DNA from: the human T2T-CHM13v2.0 reference genome, Homo sapiens
Strand: one strand, 5' to 3'
NCBI RefSeq assembly: GCF_009914755.1
Contig: NC_060927.1
Length of the DNA stretch: 64,000 nucleotides
How positions within the stretch are numbered: the stretch's first letter is position 1; every line of letters starts with the position of its first letter. Shown here one piece after another: positions 56,802 to 64,000 of the stretch. A model generated the notes under the pieces. The model saw only the letters and a program-made list of their open reading frames with translations. It did no database searches and was not told the DNA's origin. The position numbers were made by a program, and so were the translations under genes.

Positions 56802-56896
56802 CTCCCAGAGGGACCTGCACATTTTGTGCTCTTTGCAAGACAGTGCCTGCCCAGCACCTGTAGGCCTGCTCACCCCTTCAGGGTCATGATTTTTGC

Positions 56897-57040
56897 TTTT
56901 TACCGCAGGTACCCATAAGCAAAACATGGCATTGTTCACCATGCTTTTACATTATTCACATAATTTTAAGTTATTTACACAACAATGTAAAACCATGGTG
57001 AACCATGCCACATGTTGCTTATGGGTACCTGTGGTAAAAA
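56897..57040. repeat. Long imperfect inverted repeat (60-bp arms, 24-bp loop)
   Basis: 56897-56956 matches the reverse complement of 56981-57040 at 53 of 60 positions, no gaps (hand alignment). Confidence 0.92.
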
Positions 57041-57301
57041 TCCTGCTACTAGCTCATTTTGCAGTGTCTATAATGACAGGTAATGCTCCATTCACTCCTT
57101 TATGACACTTGCAAAAACTGAGAACATAACGCCTCCCAGTTAAGCAGGCATCTGGGCAATGTGAGGAGAACAGAAATAGACCACGCTGCATTTATCTCTC
57201 TTGATGACAGGCATTGAGATTTCCACTTTTTCTGGTTTCTTATTATGTCTCTACTGGGCATTCTTACATACATCTTGCACGCCATGGAAAGTTTCTCTAG
57301 G

Positions 57302-60300
57302 GCAGTGGTTCACAAACTTTTTGGATACAGAATACTTTTATGTGCTTGAAAACTGAGGACCCCATACAGCTTTAGTTTATGTGGGTGTAAGGTTCTAGCC
57401 CAAACTGAAGTCCGAAGGGAGTTGGTGGGTGGGTGAGGGGTAGCTGAAAAAACACCCGAGGAATCATAGGCAGTTTGAACATGGCCTTATCCTCTCTCTG
57501 GGCACGAGCCATATGTCCAGTGTCAGCAGGGTAATTATACCTTTTACAGACAATAGAGGCTCTGAAGCAATCACGAGCTCACGTGAGTGGTCACCTAATG
57601 CACCTCAAGTGGCATGGTTCATAATGTGCGGAGTCGTGTGCCTACGCTCCAAACCCACTGAGTCATGGTGCACCAAAAAGTGGCCTCAGCCTGCTCCTGA
57701 CTAAAGCGCAGCCATCTTCCTTACACTCCACCCCTAGGCCAGGGGCATCCTCCAGGTAGGGACATGTGCCCGTAGGGTGGAGCCCTGAATCCATAATCCA
57801 CAGCAACAATACGGAGAGCAACAGCTCACGACTAGGATTCCAGCTATGCTACTTATGACTATCAGGGCCCAGCGTAGGCCAGAGCCCAGGGATGTCTACC
57901 ATCTCTGCAGGGGGTCATCAGTAAGGCTCTTGACTACCTTAATCTCCTGTGAGACCCCTTGCAGGGCTGCTGTTATGTTCTGCCAATTGTCAGGGATAAA
58001 GGTACAACATTGTGTTCCTAAAAGGGCACAGGTGCCTCCTTAGGCAGCAGTTACTATGTCTAAGACCATTCGGTTTCGCAACACCACCTTTCTGATCTGA
58101 TCAACCTCATCCATTAATGGGAAGAGGGCCACTCAGGTGTAATTCAGAGCCTGAGCAGCATGCTCTGCAAGAGCAGTAACTTGGCTTCTACAGTTGTGAC
58201 ACACACTCCAGGGCTAGTGCCTGTCAAGGGGTAAAACCACCAGGGTGCTCATTACACTTGCAAAAACCGAGAGTGTAGCACCTCCCAGTTATGCAGGCAT
58301 CTGGGCAATGTGAGAACAGTGGCAGGTACATGAGGCCACCCTCAGGTATAATGTCCAGTCCAGTTTGCTTATAGGTAAGGCCACCCTGTGTCCCCACAGA
58401 CCCATAAACTCCCAGGGGGCACACAGTCCATCGAGGCCCCTTGGTGGGGCCGCGTCTTCCACCATACCTTTGGTGTGGTGACATGTATTATGCTTACACA
58501 CACTGTGACGGGTACCCATCCCACAGTGCTATTACCCCAGTGTTGCTATATGCACCACAGTGCCTGGGCCAGGGGTACTGCACGTTACCTCACTAGCCAG
58601 CCCCACCCATCATAAATGCTATGGGCCAGCCAGGGAATGGCTGTGCTGTGGGTCTTGTGGCATCCTTTGTCCAAAACTTGCCACGTTGCGTTCCAGGCAT
58701 CAGCCATGGGACCCCAAGTCTCCAGCCATGTCTGGTTCTCTGCAGATGCTGAATGTATGTGCTAAGGCAAGCCATCTGCAGCTGCTAGAAGGGCGGTGCA
58801 GATCCAACAGTTGGAAACATTGGTCACTTCAGTGTAGGTGTGGGCCCAGTCCACAATGCAGTTGGAGCATGTTAACCTACAGTTGGAATGACAGAGTAGG
58901 CATAGGTACTAACAGAGGAAAATCACATCCCTCAGGTAAAATACAGGCTAACCTTTCATCCCTGGATAACAATGCAGCCCCCAAGGGGTTCTGCCCTGGG
59001 CAATAGTACCACACCTTTTCAGCTCCCCATGGTTCCTTTGGGTCCTGTATTCATGCGAAAGTCACAGGGGAGCTTGTAGTAGGCCACACAGACAGTACAT
59101 TTGAACCCTGGAGGAAAGTTTCTTCCCTGGCCGTTTTCCTACAAACAGTTAACTTCGGGGACCATTCATTGAACACCCAAAGAGTGACATACAAGTCATA
59201 CTGTAGGCCCTCCCCACAGGGAGCTACGATGGACAACCACCAGCAGCCGGGGGCTTGGAGGGGCTATGGCCACAGCCAGGTTTTCTGTTCCCCTGCCTTC
59301 AGGGACGTTGGGGCAGGCAACAACAGGTTACTGTTCATCCCCATACCTGGTCAGAGGCGGTTACCCTTGGTGTGTATCTGCAACTGAATAGGGGTGGTGG
59401 CCCATGTAACAAAGCCTCCACCTGGGCTGGGCTGCTTTTCCATGGCCATTCATTCAAGGTTTGGAGCATCAGGTCCAGCCTGGAACTTCAGCCCTGCAAA
59501 GACAGGAGTGTGACATGCAAGTAAAACCCATTCTTCAAGAGCTCGCTATATCACTCAATCATACCCACAGCTTGCAAGTTGTGCGGTACATGGAATCCCT
59601 ACTTTATGTCCATTGTTGTGCCTGTTGTCCAGTAAAATGTGTCCCCCATCACTCTCAATGACCAAAGGGCAACCATATAGAGCACATAAGTGTTGCAGGG
59701 TCTGGATGGTGTGCTGTTGGTTGGCCACCCTGCAAGGATAGGCAAACAACAGGCCTGTGGCTGTGTCCACAGCTGTTAGCGCATGAGTATACCCTTGTGA
59801 CTTCGGCAGCAGCCCAATGTAGTCTACTTGCCACCTGGTCAAGGGCACTTGCCCTGTTGTCACTTGTGTAGCACTGGACAGCTGCCTCCATTTAGGGTAT
59901 GCCTGAGCACATGCCGGGCATTTCTGACAAGCCTCCCAAATGTCTTGCATGGGCAGAGACAGACCCCAACATTTATTGACTTGTTGCATCAGTTTACCCC
60001 CTGCATGTCCCAGTTTCCGGTGTAGCTACAAGGCCACATCTCATGTAGATGCCAACTCTAACCATCGGACCTTGGCCAAGGCTTCTGCCTCGTCATTGCT
60101 GGGGGTGGCCAGAGGCATATGGCCTGACAAATGATAAATAGTTACATCTTTGCAATGACCCATTTCCCAGAGGTCTTGCTACATGGGTTGGTGGCCCCAA
60201 ATGGGTTGGTGGCCAACTAGCCAATTCTGTATTTTCCAAGTAGTTAAACACAAAGTTAGGCCTCCATAGACTGCCCAGCTATCGGTACGGATTACCATAG

Positions 60301-63300
60301 GTGTCTCCGCCTTGTTGATCACCATCCATACTGCTTTAAATTCAGCCCATTGACTACTTTGTCCACATCTGGTTTCAAACCATATGGTTTTGGTACTAAG
60401 TTGGACTGCAACACTGGTCCAAGCAGGAGTAGCACCTCGACTAGACCCATCTGTGTGCCATGCCCCATCAGGAATAGAGGGACGCCCTTCCTTAAATGGC
60501 AGTGGCTCAGGGTCAAGGGGTGCCTCAGGCCCCATGGCCTTCTCTTGCATTAGGACTGCAGGTCCCAAGACCTCTTGCAACTCTGCTGCTAATGGGCTTG
60601 TGCTCAGCGTACTCTGTTGCTCCAAGTAAGTGCCTCACTTTGCCAAAGTGGATGTCTGCACCATCCCAGTCTGGGGGGTCATTACACATGAATGCACCCA
60701 TCCCGCTGTCAGGTAAGTCATCCACACTGTGACTGTAGCCCATCCTATCACTTCTCACAAGCCTGAAGGGCAGCATATACAGCTGCTAGCTATTTCTCTA
60801 TCAAGGAATACCAGAGCTCAGCTCCTTTCCATAGTTGGGACCAAAAGCCTCCTGGCATTCTCAGGCACTCTGTGTGCTGCCACAGGCCCAAACTAAAACC
60901 ATCTGTGGTCACATGCATATCCAGTTCAAATGGGCACCCCTTGTCAAATACCCACAGGGCTCGTGCCTGCTGAATAGCCCACTTGGCTGCCAGGAAGCCA
61001 GTCTCAGCCACATCAGCCCAATCCCAGATTGCTCCCTTCTTTGTTAACTGATACAATGGTTTTATCATTTGAGCTAAATGAGGCAGGAATGTCCACCAAT
61101 ATCCCAGGAGGCTCACAAAAGTTTGCAGCTGCCTCACCGTGGTGGGCCAGGGATATGCCTAAATTTTGTCAATGATAGCCTCTTGTATGGCCTTCATCTT
61201 ACCCGACCAGATAACTCCCAAGAATTTAGCAGGTAATCCAGGCCCTCGGACCTTGGATTTGTTGATGGCCCAACTGCATGCTGCCAAATGTTGCCACAAG
61301 AGGGGTGCCACTGCTTCTAAATCTGCAAGAGAATCAGAGGTTAACATAATATCATCAACGTAATGGAACAAGTGGACTCCCTTTGGACATTTTCAGGCTG
61401 TTAAATCCATGGCAACAAGACCATGACATATGGTGGAGCTATGCACATAGCCCTGCAGCAACACTGTGAAAGTCCATTGTCATCAAGGCAAACTGTTCCT
61501 GGCTCTCTAGAGCAAGGTCAACTGAGAAGAATGCATTGGCCAAGTCCACCACATAGTGGTACTGTCCTAATTCCATTGTCGAGTGGTTCATCAAATCCAT
61601 GATAGATGGCACAGCTTCCAAGCCATGTAAAATATCCACCTCCAGAATGTATTCAGGTATGGGAGAGACATACACAGTGTATAAGCAAGGAGCCAAGTGG
61701 CCAATGCCAAGGTACAGAGATACAGGTTTCACTTTCACTGACTGGCCTCCGTAACCTTTAATATATGCAGATTTGCCCAAAAACTTAACTGGGTTCCCAT
61801 AAACAAGGCTACAATCTATGCCAGTATCTACCAGCACCAGCACCCACTGTACATTGGTGGGGGACCAGTGGATTGCCAATTCCACATGTGGCCTCTGGTC
61901 ATCTGGTGTCCCCCCAAGCCAGACACCTTTGGCCAGTTCCCTAGTTGAACAGAAAAGGCTCTACATTTCCACCTGGCTGCAGCAAGTAGTCTCTGAGCTG
62001 GGTAGGACCAGGTCACACAGCAATGCCTTTCTCCCCTTTGGGCATTTTCCGGAATTGCTGCCCTGCATACAACTGTCTCCGCAAAGTTAGGAGTATTTCA
62101 TTGGGCTGCTTATCAATTTTCTCTCAGTCAACCCCAGCCAAAATCAAATCTATCCACATCTGTGAGCGTGTCACTCGTTGGGGCCCCCTTTTTTTATGGG
62201 GGAGCCCCCTGTGGGTGGGGTAACTTCCCCTTCTTTATGGTGTGGACCCTCCAATCCCCCTGAAGGCCTTCTGCTTCCCTGAGAGCCGCCATGGCAGTGG
62301 TTACTTCATGTATGCGGTGCCCTACGTATGGGGTGAGGACAGCAGCTAGGGAGCCAAAGGGGCTCAGGAGCATCAAACCCAACATGAGATCCCTCATGTG
62401 GGAGGTGAAACATTTATCATCTGGCCCTCAGGTATTCAGGACAAACATAGCCTGCCGCATACCCATCTCCCGAATGACTTACACCAAATTGGCATATGAC
62501 TGCCATTTACTCACAGTTTTGGGCATTTCACCAGCATTATTCCACACAGTTCATATGGCTGCCTGTAGCCACTCAGTCAGGGTGTGGTCTCCTTGCGCTG
62601 CCACTAACCACCTGCTCACTTGCAGCCGCTGACAGAGAGAGGGGTGAGTCATGGTGGAGGCCAGCTTGTCCATCTCAGAGGTGGAATGGGAGATACCATC
62701 TGCTCCCTTGTTCCACAGACGAAGCATCCAGGCAGGCAGGGGTTCCCCTGGACACTGGCAACACTGCTTGCCTAATTCCTGCAACTCAGTTGGGGTACAG
62801 GCAATATACGAAATGTGTTGCATTATGGTGGGGAGTCCCTGAGTCCACCCTTGGAGCCCCAGTGGCTGTTCATGATCTACCTTCTGTCAGACCACCGGGT
62901 GAGCCCGCAACAGGGGTTCTTCCTCCTTGGTATGAAACTGAGTGGGGATCTCCAGACAAGATGATGGACCCAGGCCTGCATTCATGGTAGCCTCTAATTC
63001 CTTTTCCAAGCTCTGAAGCCACACCTCCAGGCATCCTGCCTGCACCTGGAGGTCCCCATTCATGGCAGCCTCTAATTATTTTCCAGATCGGTGTAGCCAG
63101 ACCTCCAGTCTGCATCCCTCAGGGACTGGGTGTGTACTTTTCTTAGCACAGTTAAAAATGCCCATCCAACTCTGCCAGCAAAGGCTCTCTCCTTCTTGGT
63201 GCTCTGCACTTCCAGCTGCTTCAGCGCCTTCTCCATGCTCATGGGGGACCCATCTACTGCCACCCAGGTTTCCACTCAGGCCCACCCTCACAGCACGGCT

Positions 63301-63905
63301 ACCACCGGGTACCACAACCCATGTTGTGGTCACATGGCCAACCTGGAATCAGCAGGGACCGAAGGCTCACTTACCTTAGGATCCTGTTCGTGATGCCAAT
63401 TGTCAGGTTCTAGCCCAAACTAAAGTCCAAGGGGAGTTGGTGGGTGGGTGGCAGGTAACTGGAAAAACACTCGAGTAGGCGGTTTCGACATGGCTTTATT
63501 CTCTCTCTGGGTGCAAGCCATATGTAGTGTCAGCAGGGTAATTTTACCTTTTACAGACAATAGTGGCTTTGAGCCAAGCACGTGCTCATATGAGTGGTCA
63601 CCTAATGCACCTCACATGGCATGGTTACATAATGTGTGGAGTTGTGTGCCTGCCTCCAAACCCACTGAGTCATGCTGCACCAGAAGGCTGCCTCGGCCTA
63701 CTCCTGACTAAAGCACAACCATCTCCCTTAGAGTGGGCTAAATCTACTGCTATTTATACTATTAGAAATTTTAACACAGAAGTTTTAAATATTTACATTG
63801 TTAATTGATTTTGAAATAATAAGCCCATTACAGGTTAACATAATTAACATACTTTTATTAAAAATATCTGTATTTTTTAAAAGAAAAAAAATTAGCAACA
63901 ACAGT
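57302..63905 (+). mobile_element. hAT-type DNA transposon fragment split by the HERV-S insertion (57302-57385 and 63733-63905)
   Basis: cagtggttcacaaactttttgg terminus; sequence continues in register across the gtggg TSD. Subfamily not assigned. Confidence 0.55.
57386..63732 (-). mobile_element. HERV-S (HERVL18) provirus with LTR18A-type LTRs (57386-57725 and 63401-63732), non-coding
   Basis: 5-bp TSD gtggg; primer binding site 63381-63398 matches the 3' end of tRNA-Ser(CGA) with one CpG-type change; polypurine tract beside the left LTR. Protease VLVDTG, RT YVDD, RNase H TDGSS, integrase CQKCPAC and WQVDYIG, env TM VLRNRMVLD..CALLGTQCC with an internal stop. Confidence 0.9.
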
Positions 63906-64000
63906 GATCCTTGGAATCGTCCCACCTCAGCCTCCCAAGTAGCTGAGACCACAGGCGCACATCACCATGCGAGCTAATTTCTATATTTTTTGGTAGAGAT
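63906..64000 (-). mobile_element. Alu fragment running off the window end
   Basis: cccacctcagcctcccaagtagctgagaccacaggcgcac..gctaattt..gtagagat. Confidence 0.8.

Noticed and set aside
57730-59100. HERV-S env as a syncytin-like captured gene
   Set aside because: Stop inside the immunosuppressive domain and no long ORF.
63381-63398. tRNA-like sequence
   Set aside because: Only the 18-nt retroviral primer binding site; no tRNA body.

Overview
Human genomic DNA from the chemokine receptor cluster at 3p21.31. The window holds the 3' UTR end of CCR2 (about 1-760), the complete CCR5 gene (non-coding exons at 9976-10032 and 10534-10822, CDS 12737-13795, non-Delta32, promoter SNP states matching haplogroup HHE) and the complete CCRL2 gene (CDS 47910-48944, plus an upstream coding exon giving the 356-aa isoform). 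The antisense lncRNA CCR5AS is known to span most of the interval on the minus strand. The rest is mostly interspersed repeats: a near full-length Tigger1, many Alus with readable target-site duplications (TSDs), L1/L2/MIR fragments, solo ERV1 LTRs, an ERV-L internal fragment, and two decayed two-LTR proviruses on the minus strand. These are a HERV-H (27515-33232, inserted in an Alu, Phe-like primer binding site) and a HERV-S/HERVL18 (57386-63732, tRNA-Ser primer binding site). I see no new protein-coding system, CRISPR array or RNA gene. The most interesting leads are a candidate HERV-H-derived splice/poly(A) switch inside the CCR5 antisense transcript, a duplicated-and-inverted protease segment inside the HERV-H, an unexplained 144-bp hairpin, an inverted pair of LTR9-like elements, and several unusual insertion scars. 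Repeat family names are from recognition, not from a database search.
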